DNA from: an uncultured Planctomycetota bacterium
GTDB lineage: Bacteria > Planctomycetota > PLA2 > JAEUHO01
Assembly: GCA_963752285.1 (NCBI GenBank)
Contig: CAVVXN010000002.1
Coordinates: forward strand, 192,001 to 256,000
DNA: 64,000 bases
Reading direction: 5' to 3'
Shown: piece by piece, positions 1 to 9,209 of the stretch
Layout: every line of letters begins with the position of its first letter
Position numbering within the stretch: position 1 is the first letter of the stretch
Made by a program: the position numbers and the translations under genes
The notes under the pieces: generated by a model
The model's input: the letters and a program-made list of their open reading frames with translations, nothing else
Database searches by the model: none
Told to the model about the DNA's origin: nothing

Positions 1-1
1 T

Positions 2-457
2 GCTCGCCGACTTGCTCCGCACGACCTCCGAGCCGAGCCCGCCCTTCAGGTCCTCCCGGACGAACCGCACGAACTCGTCGATGCCGCGGCGGAACGCCGC
101 GCCGCGTCCTCGCGGGAGGGTGATCAGGCGCGGGCAGTCGGGCTCCTCGAAGTTGTGCGTGTAGAGCCGGTCCGGCGCGCGCGGCGAGCGCGGTCGGATC
201 GACTCGAGCAGTCGCTTCAGAAGCGTCGAGCGCCCCGTGCCGGTGAGCCCGCGGACGAAGATGTTCTGTCCCGGCGCATCGACCTCGAGCCCGAACCGGA
301 GCGCCTCCACGGCCGCGTCCTGGCCGACGACGCCCTCGAGCGGCGGCACGTCGTGCGTCGTCTGGAAGGAGAACACGTCCGGGTCGCAGTGCCATCGGAG
401 CTGGTCCGCGACGAGCGGCAGGTGCTGGTAGGGAGGCGGGACCGGCGGGGTCGTCAT
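2..457 (-). CDS. Lon-like (peptidase S16, LonB/LonC-type AAA) protease, N-terminal part; runs off the window start
   Basis: Not in the ORF track. My translation from ATG 457: MTTPPVPPPYQHLPLVADQLRWHCDPDVFSFQTT...VVGQDAAVEALRFGLEVDAPGQNIFVRGLTGTGRST...YTHNFEEPDCPRLITLPRGRG, the typical N-terminus and Walker A region of this family. Confidence 0.85.
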   Translation of the reverse strand, partial: MTTPPVPPPYQHLPLVADQLRWHCDPDVFSFQTTHDVPPLEGVVGQDAAVEALRFGLEVDAPGQNIFVRGLTGTGRSTLLKRLLESIRPRSPRAPDRLYTHNFEEPDCPRLITLPRGRGAAFRRGIDEFVRFVREDLKGGLGSEVVRSKSAS

Positions 458-534
458 GGCGCCGAGGGTAGGCCGGACGCCGCGTGCCGAGAACCCCCCT
501 CCGAGAGGTCGGGCCCGCCCTCGGGACGACGGGT

Positions 535-1008
535 TCAGACCGAGTGCTCCGGCGCCTCCCCCTTGTACGTGTCCAGCCACGCCCAGTACGCGTCCACGAG
601 CTCCCGCGTCGTTTCTCCGAGGCGCGCGTCGTCGTGTTCGTCCACGGCGTGGACGAAGCGGCGGAGCGCCTCGCCGAACGCGGCGCGCGCGTCCTCGAAG
701 CGCGCGACGTCGGCGTCGCGGAGGTCGTGGGGGAGCGTCGCGCCGAGGAGCCCCAGGCCGTGCGCCACGACCTCGCCGCGACGGGCCCGGATCGCCGGCA
801 GGTCGCCCGTCTGGGCCGCGCTCGCGAGGGCCACCACGACGGTCCGCATGCCGCCGAACGCCGGCGTCACGTCGCCCGGGGGCGGCGCCTGGCGTACGCC
901 GACCGGCGCCGCGGCGCCCGCGCCCGCGCAGCCGGCCCACGCCAGGGCCGCGGCGAGGAGCGCGCCGAGGGACCGCGCGCCGCGCGTCCGGCCGGCGCCC
1001 GGCCTCAA
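535..1008 (-). CDS. Hypothetical lipoprotein, helical
   Basis: C-terminal part of track ORF 535..2208; hydrophobic segment with lipobox-like LAWAGC; probable TTG start overlapping the glyQS stop (TTGA); start uncertain. Confidence 0.6.
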   Translation of the reverse strand: MRPGAGRTRGARSLGALLAAALAWAGCAGAGAAAPVGVRQAPPPGDVTPAFGGMRTVVVALASAAQTGDLPAIRARRGEVVAHGLGLLGATLPHDLRDADVARFEDARAAFGEALRRFVHAVDEHDDARLGETTRELVDAYWAWLDTYKGEAPEHSV

Positions 1009-2354
1009 GCTTCGTCGTCCTTCCGCGTCCAGGCGCGGATCCGGTCGCGCAGGAAGGCCTCCAGGCCCGCCTCGGGGACGCGCGGCTGCTCCATCGTGTC
1101 GCGGTCGCGCACCGTGACCGTGCCGTCGGCGAGCGTCTGGCTGTCCACGGTGACGGAGAACGGCGTCCCGATCTCGTCCACGCGGCTGTACCGGCGGCCG
1201 ACCGTCCCGCCCTCGTCGTAGAGCGCGCGGAAGGACCCCCGAAGCGTCTCGTAGAGCGTCCGCGCCCGCTCCGGCATGCCGTCCTTGCGGACGAGCGGGA
1301 ACACGCCCACCTGCACGGGCGCGAGGCGGGGGTGGAGGTGGAGCAGCACGCGGGTCTCCCCGTTCGGCTTGACCTCCTCGTCGTACGCGTCGCAGAGCAG
1401 GGTCAGGAAGCAGCGGTCCACGCCGGCCGAGGGCTCGATGACGTACGGCACCACCCACGTCTTCTTCTCCTCGTCGCGGTAGGCGAGCCCGCGCCCGCTC
1501 CCCTCCTGATGGCGCTGCAGGTCGAAGTCGGTGCGGTTCGCGACGCCCTCGACCTCGTCCCAGCCCCACGGATAGCGGTACTCGACGTCGGCGCACGCTT
1601 TCGCGTAGTGCGCGCGCTCGTCCAGCTCCTGCTCGCGGAGGCGCAGGTGCGAGGGCCGGATGCCGAGCGAGCGCCACCAGGCGAGACGCCGATCGCGCCA
1701 GTAGAGGAACCACTCGTCGTCGGTTCCCGGCTCGCAGAAGAACTCGAGCTCCATCTGCTCGAACTCGCGCATGCGGAAGAGCTGTCCGCCCGTCACGATC
1801 TCGTTTCGAAACGCCTTGCCGATCTGCGCGATGCCGAACGGGATCTTGACGCGCGTCGTCTCGAGGACGCTCTTGAAGTTGACGAAGATGCCCTGCGCGG
1901 TCTCGGGGCGGAGGTACACGACCGACGCGTCGTCCTCGACGGCGCCGACGCGGGTCTTGAACATCAGGTTGAACTGCCGCGGCTCGGTCAGCTCGCCGCC
2001 GCACTCGCCCGGGTGCTTCGAGGGCTTCTTCGGGCACGCCGCCTCGCCGAGGCGGTCGGCCCGGAACCGCGATTTGCACGTCTTGCAGTCCACGAGGGGG
2101 TCGCTGAAGCCCGCCACGTGCCCGGAGACCTCCCAGACGCGGGCGGCCATGAGGATCGAGGCGTCGAGGCCCACCACGTCGTCGCGCTCGAGCACCGTCG
2201 TGCGCCACCAGTCGTCCTTGATCTGGCGCTTCAGCTCGACCCCGACCGGGCCGTAGTCGTACGTGGCCTGGAGACCGCCGTAGATCTCGGAGGAGGGGAA
2301 TACGAACCCCCGCCGCTTGGTCAGGGCGACGACGCGGTCCAGGGTCGTGGTCAT
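1005..2354 (-). CDS. glyQS: Glycine--tRNA ligase (alpha2 type)
   Basis: KRRGFVFPSSEIYGG, YLRPETAQGIF, GKAFRNEI, FRMREFEQME, VIEPSAGVDR; ATG at 2354. Confidence 0.97.
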   Translation of the reverse strand: MTTTLDRVVALTKRRGFVFPSSEIYGGLQATYDYGPVGVELKRQIKDDWWRTTVLERDDVVGLDASILMAARVWEVSGHVAGFSDPLVDCKTCKSRFRADRLGEAACPKKPSKHPGECGGELTEPRQFNLMFKTRVGAVEDDASVVYLRPETAQGIFVNFKSVLETTRVKIPFGIAQIGKAFRNEIVTGGQLFRMREFEQMELEFFCEPGTDDEWFLYWRDRRLAWWRSLGIRPSHLRLREQELDERAHYAKACADVEYRYPWGWDEVEGVANRTDFDLQRHQEGSGRGLAYRDEEKKTWVVPYVIEPSAGVDRCFLTLLCDAYDEEVKPNGETRVLLHLHPRLAPVQVGVFPLVRKDGMPERARTLYETLRGSFRALYDEGGTVGRRYSRVDEIGTPFSVTVDSQTLADGTVTVRDRDTMEQPRVPEAGLEAFLRDRIRAWTRKDDEA

Positions 2355-2466
2355 GGCGCTCCTCTTCGCGCGGTCCCGCGCGCGGCCGAGGGCGCGATTC
2401 CTACCATCCCGTTCTCGGCGCGCGAGGCGTGAAACGACCTTCCGGCGGGGATGACCGCCGCATGAC

Positions 2467-2514
2467 GCCCCGGGTATTGGGTTCCTATCAACTTGCGAAC
2501 CCAATATGTTGGGG
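2467..2514. promoter_or_regulatory. Tandem NrdR-box-like operator pair
   Basis: ACCCAATATGTTGGGG (2499-2514) fits the NrdR consensus acaCwAtATaTwGtgt; degenerate copy GCCCCGGGTATTGGGT starts 32 bp upstream (2467-2482). Confidence 0.5.
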
Positions 2515-2582
2515 CATTCCCCGGCGACCCCGCGGCTTTCACGCCAGCCGTGGGGTGAGGGAGGACCGCGGGCCTCTCTTGC

Positions 2583-2607
2583 TAACCCCCTGCCCCACAA
2601 TGATTTT
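2583..2607. promoter_or_regulatory. IHF-like pseudo-palindromic site TAA-N4-CTG-N5-CAA-N4-TTT
   Basis: TAACCCCCTGCCCCACAATGATTTT; same layout recurs at 18729-18753. Confidence 0.4.
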
Positions 2608-2782
2608 CGGCTTTGCACTCCGCGCAGCGTCCTTCAGAATCCGCGCGGTGGCGGATTCCCGGAGGCCCTTGACGTTCTCGGGCCGCCCGGGGATCGGATC
2701 GCACGGGGCGCCGGCCGGGGCGGGCGGCGCCGACGGGAGGGTGGCGGCGGGGGCCGCCGAGCGTCGGAGGGGTCGGGCCGAG

Positions 2783-3046
2783 ATGACGAGCAGCGTCGGG
2801 TCGAGGAAGGGGCCGTGGCGGCTCGGCGAGGTCGCCCGGGTCGTGGGGCTCTCCCGACAGACGCTCCACCACTACGCGGCGCTTGGGCTGATCCGGCCCG
2901 TGGCCACCACGCCGGGCGGGCACCGCCTCTTCGGCGGGAGCGTGTTCCGCCGCGTGGAGGAGATCCAGGCCGGCAAGCGGACGCGACCGCTGGCCGAGCT
3001 CGCACGCCCGTCCTCGCCCGCGCCGCGTGGGAGGAAGCACAGATGA
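2783..3046 (+). CDS. Small MerR-family HTH protein without effector domain (BldC-like), 87 aa
   Basis: WRLGEVARVVGLSRQTLHHYAALGLIRPVATTPGGHRLF MerR winged HTH; ATGA overlap with the next gene. Confidence 0.85.
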   Translation: MTSSVGSRKGPWRLGEVARVVGLSRQTLHHYAALGLIRPVATTPGGHRLFGGSVFRRVEEIQAGKRTRPLAELARPSSPAPRGRKHR

Positions 3047-3888
3047 CACAGCCCGTGGCGAGTCGTCGTCGGGAGCCGGAACCCTCGGGCCGGGTCGCGC
3101 GCCGCGCGCGCGGTCCCGACATGACGGAGGTCTGGCGCGCGTTCAAGACCACGGGAGACGAGGGGCTCCGAAACCGGCTCGTCGAGCACTACCTCTACCT
3201 CGTCAAGGTCATCGGCAACCGGGTGGCCGCGCGCCTGCCCCGTTCGATCGACGTCCAGGACCTGAGGAGCGCGGGCGTGTTCGGGCTGATGCGCGCGGTC
3301 GAGAACTTCGACCTCGACCGGGGCACGCCCTTCGAGTCGTACTGCGCCACGCGGGTCCGCGGCGCGATCCTCGACGAGCTGCGCGCGCAGGACTGGGTGC
3401 CGCGGCTGGTCCGCCACCGCGCGTCGCGCTACCAGGAGGTCCTGGGCGGACTCCGGCGCGACCTCGGCCGGGAGCCCTCGACCCACGAGGTCGCCGGCCG
3501 CCTCGGCACGACCACGGAGCAGGCCGAGAGCATGCGCCGCGAGTCGAACCTGACGAGCGTCTACAACCTCTCTCCGGTGGAGGAGCGCGACGACGACCCG
3601 CGGATGCTCCGGCACCTCGACGTCCTGATGGACCACGACAGCGACGTCCCCTTCGACCGGTACGTCGCGCACGACCTGGCCCACGCCCTCCAGGGCGTGC
3701 TCGCCGGCCCCGAGCGCACCGTGATCGCCCTCTACTACTACGAGGGCCTCACGATGAAGGAGATCGGCCGCGTCATGGGGATCTCCGAGAGCCGCGTCTG
3801 CCAGATCCACACGAAGACGCTGAAGAAGCTGAAGCGTCACCTGGACGAGCTGGGCGAGACCGCGCGGCGGCTGGCCGTCGCGTCGTAG
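3043..3888 (+). CDS. RNA polymerase sigma factor, FliA/WhiG (sigma-28) family
   Basis: DLRSAGVFGL, FESYCATRVRGAILDELRAQDWVPR, LYYYEGLTMKEIGRVMGISESRVCQIH. Confidence 0.93.
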   Translation: MTQPVASRRREPEPSGRVARRARGPDMTEVWRAFKTTGDEGLRNRLVEHYLYLVKVIGNRVAARLPRSIDVQDLRSAGVFGLMRAVENFDLDRGTPFESYCATRVRGAILDELRAQDWVPRLVRHRASRYQEVLGGLRRDLGREPSTHEVAGRLGTTTEQAESMRRESNLTSVYNLSPVEERDDDPRMLRHLDVLMDHDSDVPFDRYVAHDLAHALQGVLAGPERTVIALYYYEGLTMKEIGRVMGISESRVCQIHTKTLKKLKRHLDELGETARRLAVAS

Positions 3889-3988
3889 GGACGCGCGAAG
3901 CGCCCTCCTCGCCCGAGGACGAGGACCCGGGCGAGCCCGACCGGCGAGGGGGGGGCGTGGGCCTCCGGCGCGGGGAGAATCTCTCCCG

Positions 3989-5290
3989 ATGGACCACTTC
4001 GCCCACCGGGAGGGCCGGCTCTTCTGCGACGGCGTGCCGCTCGACCGGCTCGCCGACGCCGTCGGAACGCCCGCCTACGTCTACTCCGCGGCGACGGTCC
4101 GCCACCACGTCCGGCGGCTGAGGGAGGCGTTCCGGGGTCTCGACCCGCTCGTCTGCTACGCGGTCAAGGCGAACGCCAACCTGGCGCTTCTCCGTCTCTT
4201 CGTCGAGGAGCGCACGGGATTCGACATCGTCTCGCAGGGCGAGCTCGAGCGCGTGCTCTCGGTCGGCGCCGACCCCGCGACCGTGGTCTTCTCGGGCGTG
4301 GGCAAGACGGAGGCCGAGATGCGCCGCGCCCTCGAGGTCGGCGTGCTCCGCTTCAACGTCGAGAGCGAGGAGGAGCTGGAGGCCCTCGCGAAGGTCGCGG
4401 CGTCCCTGGACCGCGTGGCGCCCGTCGCGATCCGGGTGAACCCGGACGTGGACCCGCACACGCACCGCTACATCGCGACGGGCCAGCGCGAGACGAAGTT
4501 CGGCGTGGACCTCGCGCGGGCCGTGGCCCTCGCCGCGCGCGCCCGCGCGCTCGGGAGCGTGCGCCTGCTCGGCATCCAATGCCACATCGGGAGCCAGATC
4601 ACCGAGGTCGAACCCTACGTCGCGGCGGTCGAGCGCACGCTCGAGCTCGCCCGGCGGTGGAGGGCCGAGGGCGACGCGATCGAGACGCTCGACATGGGCG
4701 GCGGGTTCGGCATCGTGTACGACGACCCCGACGTGCCGGGCTTCGACGCGTACGCCGAGGCGGTCCGGCCGATCGTCGAGGGCTCGGGCCTCCGGCTGGT
4801 GCTCGAGCCGGGTCGCGTCATCGTCGGCAACGCCGGCGTCCTGCTGACGCGCGTGCTCTACCGGAAGGTCTCGGGCGCGCGGCGCTTCGTGATCGTGGAC
4901 GCCGGCATGAACGACCTGATCCGTCCCGCGCTCTACGACGGACACCACCGGATCTGGCCCGTCGTGGGACCGCCGCCGCCCCCGCCCGGGACGACCCCCG
5001 ACCTCCCGACCTCGGACGTCGTCGGCCCCGTGTGCGAGACGGGGGACTTCCTCGGCAAGGACCGTCCGCTGCCGGAGGTCCGCCCCGGCCAGGTCCTCGC
5101 CGTGATGAGCGTCGGCGCGTACGGGTTCGCGATGTCGAGCAACTACAACGAGCGGCCCCGGCCCGTGGAGGTCCTCGTGGACGGCGACCGGTTCGGCGTC
5201 GTCCGTCGGCGCGAGTCGTACGCGGACCTCGCCCGCCTCGACGTCGCCGAGCCGGCGATGCGGAGCTTCGCCGCGGAGATCTCCTCGTGA
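3989..5290 (+). CDS. lysA: Diaminopimelate decarboxylase
   Basis: YAVKAN PLP lysine, [27 protein letters not shown]...SNYN. Confidence 0.96.
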   Translation: MDHFAHREGRLFCDGVPLDRLADAVGTPAYVYSAATVRHHVRRLREAFRGLDPLVCYAVKANANLALLRLFVEERTGFDIVSQGELERVLSVGADPATVVFSGVGKTEAEMRRALEVGVLRFNVESEEELEALAKVAASLDRVAPVAIRVNPDVDPHTHRYIATGQRETKFGVDLARAVALAARARALGSVRLLGIQCHIGSQITEVEPYVAAVERTLELARRWRAEGDAIETLDMGGGFGIVYDDPDVPGFDAYAEAVRPIVEGSGLRLVLEPGRVIVGNAGVLLTRVLYRKVSGARRFVIVDAGMNDLIRPALYDGHHRIWPVVGPPPPPPGTTPDLPTSDVVGPVCETGDFLGKDRPLPEVRPGQVLAVMSVGAYGFAMSSNYNERPRPVEVLVDGDRFGVVRRRESYADLARLDVAEPAMRSFAAEISS

Positions 5291-6111
5291 GCGACGTCCG
5301 CCCCTGCCGCGTCGGCTCGCTCTCCGTCGGGACGGGCGAGCGACCCTTCCTGATCGCCGGCCCGTGCGTCATCGAAGGCCGCGACATGGCGCTCACGCAC
5401 GCCGAGCGGATCCGCGACGTCGCCCACGCGCACGGCTTCGACTACTGCTTCAAGTCGTCCTACGACAAGGCGAACCGCACGAGCCTCTCGTCGTTCCGCG
5501 GCCCGGGCCTCGAGGACGGCCTCGCGGTGCTCGCCGAGGTGCGGCGCGAGGCGGGCGTGCCCGTGCTCACCGACTTCCACTCCGCAGCGGAGGCCGCGCC
5601 GGTCGGGGAGGTCGTGGACGTCCTGCAGGTGCCGGCCTTCCTGTGCCGTCAGACCGACCTGCTCGTGGCCGCCGCGGCGACCGGCAAGGCCGTGAACGTG
5701 AAGAAGGGGCAGTTCCTCGCCCCCGAGTCGATGGGGAGCGTCGTCGAGAAGCTCGAGGGCTCGGGGTGCCAGGACGTGCTCCTGACGGAGCGCGGGGTCT
5801 CGTTCGGCTACGCCAACCTGGTCGTGGACTTCCGCTCGCTCCCGCTCATGCGCACGTTCGGACACCCGGTGATCTTCGACGCGACGCACAGCGTGCAGCG
5901 GCCGGGCGGTCTCGGCGACCGGACGGGCGGAGACCGCCGCGAGGTGCCCGCGCTCGCGCGCGCCGCCGTCGCGGTCGGGGTGGACGGCCTCTTCATGGAG
6001 GTCCACGAGGATCCCGACCGCGCGCTCTCGGACGGTCCGAACCAGCTCGCGCTGGCGACGTTGCCGGAGCTCCTCGGTCGGCTCCGACGGCTCTGGGAGG
6101 CGGGGAGGTAG
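5287..6111 (+). CDS. kdsA: KDO 8-phosphate synthase
   Basis: [48 protein letters not shown] start overlaps the lysA stop. Confidence 0.96.
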   Translation: MSDVRPCRVGSLSVGTGERPFLIAGPCVIEGRDMALTHAERIRDVAHAHGFDYCFKSSYDKANRTSLSSFRGPGLEDGLAVLAEVRREAGVPVLTDFHSAAEAAPVGEVVDVLQVPAFLCRQTDLLVAAAATGKAVNVKKGQFLAPESMGSVVEKLEGSGCQDVLLTERGVSFGYANLVVDFRSLPLMRTFGHPVIFDATHSVQRPGGLGDRTGGDRREVPALARAAVAVGVDGLFMEVHEDPDRALSDGPNQLALATLPELLGRLRRLWEAGR

Positions 6112-6133
6112 GCCCGCGTCGGGCGCGCGCCCC

Positions 6134-7048
6134 TCATCTCCTCATCGGAAGCCTGAGGAGGGTCAGCGCGGCCGGGCGCACGCGGACCTCGACGTCGGTC
6201 CGGCCGGCCGCGTCGCCGTCGATCTGCACCTCGAGCGGGCGCGGCGTGCGGATCCGGACGCGCTGCGCCGTGGCGAACCGGACCTGCCGGTCGAGGTGGA
6301 AGCGGCCGGTGCTCGCCCGCAGCCCCAGGCGGAGGAGGTCGCGGCGCGTCCGCGAGCGCACCGTGACGAGGTCGAGGCGGCCCGAGTCGAGGCGCGCCGT
6401 GGGCGAGAGGGAGAAGAGACCGCCGTAGTGGCGGCTGTTCTGGACGATCACGAGCGGGGTCGTGAAGGCGGGCCGGTCGTCGGGCCGGACCTGGATCGCG
6501 GGGAACCCGTAGCCGCCGAAGGTCTTGAGCACGGGGGCCACCCAGCGGGCGTACCCGCCCGACGACATGCCGTGCTCGCGGACGACGGCGACCGCGTGCA
6601 CCATCGCCCCGTCGAGCCCGATGCCCACCGAGGTGATGGCGCGCTCGGACGAGCCGTCCGCGCGCGTCACCTCGAGCACGTCCACCGGCCAGCGTTCCGC
6701 GCGGGGGAGCGCCGTCGCGAGGTCGTCGGCGGATCCGCTCTTCCAGAACCGCGTCTCTCGCGCGACGAGGTTCGCGGTCCCGGTCGGGACGACGCCGATG
6801 GGCCAGGGCGGAAGGTCCTGGGCGGCGTTCAGGAGCGCCCGAACCGTGCCGTCGCCGCCGGCGACGAGCAGCGCGTCGAGGTCCGCCGTGCGGATCTCGA
6901 GGAGGTGCCGTGCGAGGTCCCCGGGGGCGTCGCCGACGTACGTCGTCACGCGGTGCCCGGCGCGCGAGAGCGCGTGCACCAGCGCCTCCACGAACGCGTG
7001 ACCGCCGCGGCGCCCGGCGGAGGGATTCTCCAGGAGGTAGATGCGCAC
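6134..7048 (-). CDS. Diacylglycerol/lipid kinase family protein
   Basis: NPSAG, AGGDGT, PTGTANLVA, QIDGD. Confidence 0.9.
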   Translation of the reverse strand: MRIYLLENPSAGRRGGHAFVEALVHALSRAGHRVTTYVGDAPGDLARHLLEIRTADLDALLVAGGDGTVRALLNAAQDLPPWPIGVVPTGTANLVARETRFWKSGSADDLATALPRAERWPVDVLEVTRADGSSERAITSVGIGLDGAMVHAVAVVREHGMSSGGYARWVAPVLKTFGGYGFPAIQVRPDDRPAFTTPLVIVQNSRHYGGLFSLSPTARLDSGRLDLVTVRSRTRRDLLRLGLRASTGRFHLDRQVRFATAQRVRIRTPRPLEVQIDGDAAGRTDVEVRVRPAALTLLRLPMRR

Positions 7049-7114
7049 GCCGCGGCCCCCTACGTGGGGGGCACAGGGTACCGGGACGCATCGGAGCGGG
7101 CGAGCGGGCTCGCC

Positions 7115-7143
7115 TTGACCACGCGTCCGGGCGCCCGTACGCT
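7115..7143 (+). promoter_or_regulatory. sigma70-type promoter
   Basis: TTGACC-17 nt-TACGCT upstream of the DUF296/apgM-like pair. Confidence 0.55.
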
Positions 7144-7275
7144 TCGCCGCGGGCGCCGAAGGACCGCGTCCCGTCCCGGAGAGGACGGGTCGGCGCGCCG
7201 AGGGTCGGCTCGTCGGATCCCGCGCGGGGCGCCGGCGAGCGTCGCCCCGGACGACGCCGAACGGCGGGAGGCGCG

Positions 7276-7737
7276 ATGCGACACCATCGCTTCGAGGACG
7301 GTCGTTACGTGGTCCGCCTGGATGCGGGCGAGGACGTCATCGCCTCGCTCACCGCGTTCGCGACGGAGGCGCACATCGAGGCGGGCTTCCTGTCGGGCAT
7401 CGGCTCGGTGGACCGACTCGTGCTCGGCTTCCTCGACCCCGAGGCGAAGGAATACCAGAAGCGCACCTTCGAGGAGCCGATGGAGGTCGCGAGCTTCACC
7501 GCGTCGATCTCGATGCAGGAAGATCGACCGATGATCCACGCGCACGCGGTGGTGGCGCCGCGCGAGCTCCTCGCGTACGCGGGTCACGTGCACAGCGCTC
7601 GGGTCGGGGCGGTGCTCGAGGTCGTCGTGCTGCCGTTGCCCGGCCGCCTCGAGCGCCACCCCCTCCCGGACCAGCCCTTCCTGGGGCTCATCCTGCCGGG
7701 GGAGACGCCGCCACAGGCCGCCGCCGGAACCCGATGA
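7276..7737 (+). CDS. PPC/DUF296 domain protein
   Basis: VVRLDAGEDV, GIGSV, MEVASFTASIS, HAHAVV, AGHV. Confidence 0.88.
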   Translation: MRHHRFEDGRYVVRLDAGEDVIASLTAFATEAHIEAGFLSGIGSVDRLVLGFLDPEAKEYQKRTFEEPMEVASFTASISMQEDRPMIHAHAVVAPRELLAYAGHVHSARVGAVLEVVVLPLPGRLERHPLPDQPFLGLILPGETPPQAAAGTR

Positions 7738-8927
7738 GGACCCTGGTGGTCGTCATGGCGGGCGCGGCGGACCGTCCGCTGGAGGACCTCGGCGGTCGAA
7801 CGCCCCTCGAAGCCGCGGGTACCCCGAACCTCGACGGACTCGCGGCCGAGGGCCGCCTCGGCCGGATCGGGACGGCGCCCCCGGGCCACCGGGCCGAGGA
7901 GGGCGCGTTCGCGCTGTCGCTCTTCGGCCTGGACCCCCTCTCGTACGGCGAGGTCGGCGGCGTACTCGACGCCGCGGCGTTCGACGTACCCGTCGGCTCG
8001 CTCGACCAGGCGTTTCGCCTCGCGCTCGTCACGGCCGACGCCACCACCATCTTCGACCCCACGGCGGGACACGTCTCGAAGGACGAGGCGACGCTGCTCC
8101 TCGACGCCCTCTCCGACGTCTTCTCGGACCCCGACCTCTCCTTCCGGCCCGGCGACGGCTGGCGGAACGTCCTCCTCTGGAAGGGCGCGCGGGACGTCCG
8201 CGTGAAGACGGTCCCGCCGTACGAGGTGGTCGGCAAGTCGCTCCGCGCCGCGATGCCGCGCGGGACCGGCATCGGGCGTCTGCTCGCCGCCATCGAACGG
8301 AGCGCGGAGATCCTCGGGCCACACGAGGTGAACGCGTGCCGGCGCGACCTCGGCGAGAACCCCGCGACGCTCGTGTGGCCGTGGGGACCCGGCGTGCTGC
8401 TCCCGCTCCCCGACTTCCTCGCGCGGACGGGCATCCGCGCCGCCGTCGTGGGCCGCAACCCGAGCGTGATCGGTGCGGCGAAGCTGCAACGCATCGAGCA
8501 CCTCCCCGTGGACGGCGCCACGGGTCGCGCCGACACGAACCTCAAGGCGAAGGCCGAGACCGCGCTCCAGGCGCTCGAGACGCGCGATTTCGTGCTGCTC
8601 CACGTGGACGCGCTCGCGGCGACGAGCCACGCCCGCGACTTCGTGCTCAAGGTCGAGACGCTCGAACGCGTGGACGGGTACCTGCTCCCGCCGCTCCGGG
8701 ACGCCGCCGCGCGCGGGGACGTGCGGCTCGTGGTCATCGCGGGCGAGGCGATCTCCGTCGAGACGGGTCGCCACCTCCCCGACCCCGTTCCGTTCGCGAT
8801 CTACGGGCCGGGCGTCCGGAGCCACCGGGGCAAGGGGGGCGTCACGGAGGTCGCGGCCCAGGGCGCGGGCTTCTTCGTGGAGGAGGGGCACGAGCTCCTC
8901 GACTTCCTCCTCCACCTGCCCGACTGA
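7734..8927 (+). CDS. ApgM-like cofactor-independent phosphoglycerate mutase homologue, probably catalytically inactive
   Basis: LGGRTPLEAAGTPNLDGLA, NPATLVWPWGPG, GATGRADTN, HLPDPVPF; metal ligands and nucleophile Ser substituted. Confidence 0.85.
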   Translation: MRTLVVVMAGAADRPLEDLGGRTPLEAAGTPNLDGLAAEGRLGRIGTAPPGHRAEEGAFALSLFGLDPLSYGEVGGVLDAAAFDVPVGSLDQAFRLALVTADATTIFDPTAGHVSKDEATLLLDALSDVFSDPDLSFRPGDGWRNVLLWKGARDVRVKTVPPYEVVGKSLRAAMPRGTGIGRLLAAIERSAEILGPHEVNACRRDLGENPATLVWPWGPGVLLPLPDFLARTGIRAAVVGRNPSVIGAAKLQRIEHLPVDGATGRADTNLKAKAETALQALETRDFVLLHVDALAATSHARDFVLKVETLERVDGYLLPPLRDAAARGDVRLVVIAGEAISVETGRHLPDPVPFAIYGPGVRSHRGKGGVTEVAAQGAGFFVEEGHELLDFLLHLPD

Positions 8928-9209
8928 GAGCCTGTGCTTCACAGACTCCGAGGTGCCCGCCGGCGGTCCGCGCGGGGCGCCGCGCGGGGCGGGAAACGCG
9001 CACCGGTCAAGATCCGGGGCCGCGATGACCGAGATACATGGGGCTCCCGGTGGGCGGCGAGCCCGGCCCGCGGGACGAAAGAGCGCGACGGGCGGGACGC
9101 GAGGTCCGAGCGGGGAGGTCCTTCCGTGTCACGCGCCGTCTCCCGCCCGTACGATCGACGCGCCGTAGACGGGCGCTTGCGCCCGCAGCGAAGAGGACCG
9201 GTCCGTACG

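Noticed and set aside
2355..2782. Replication origin or glycine T-box/riboswitch upstream of glyQS
   Set aside because: No DnaA-box cluster or unwinding element, and no T-box or glycine aptamer consensus recognised
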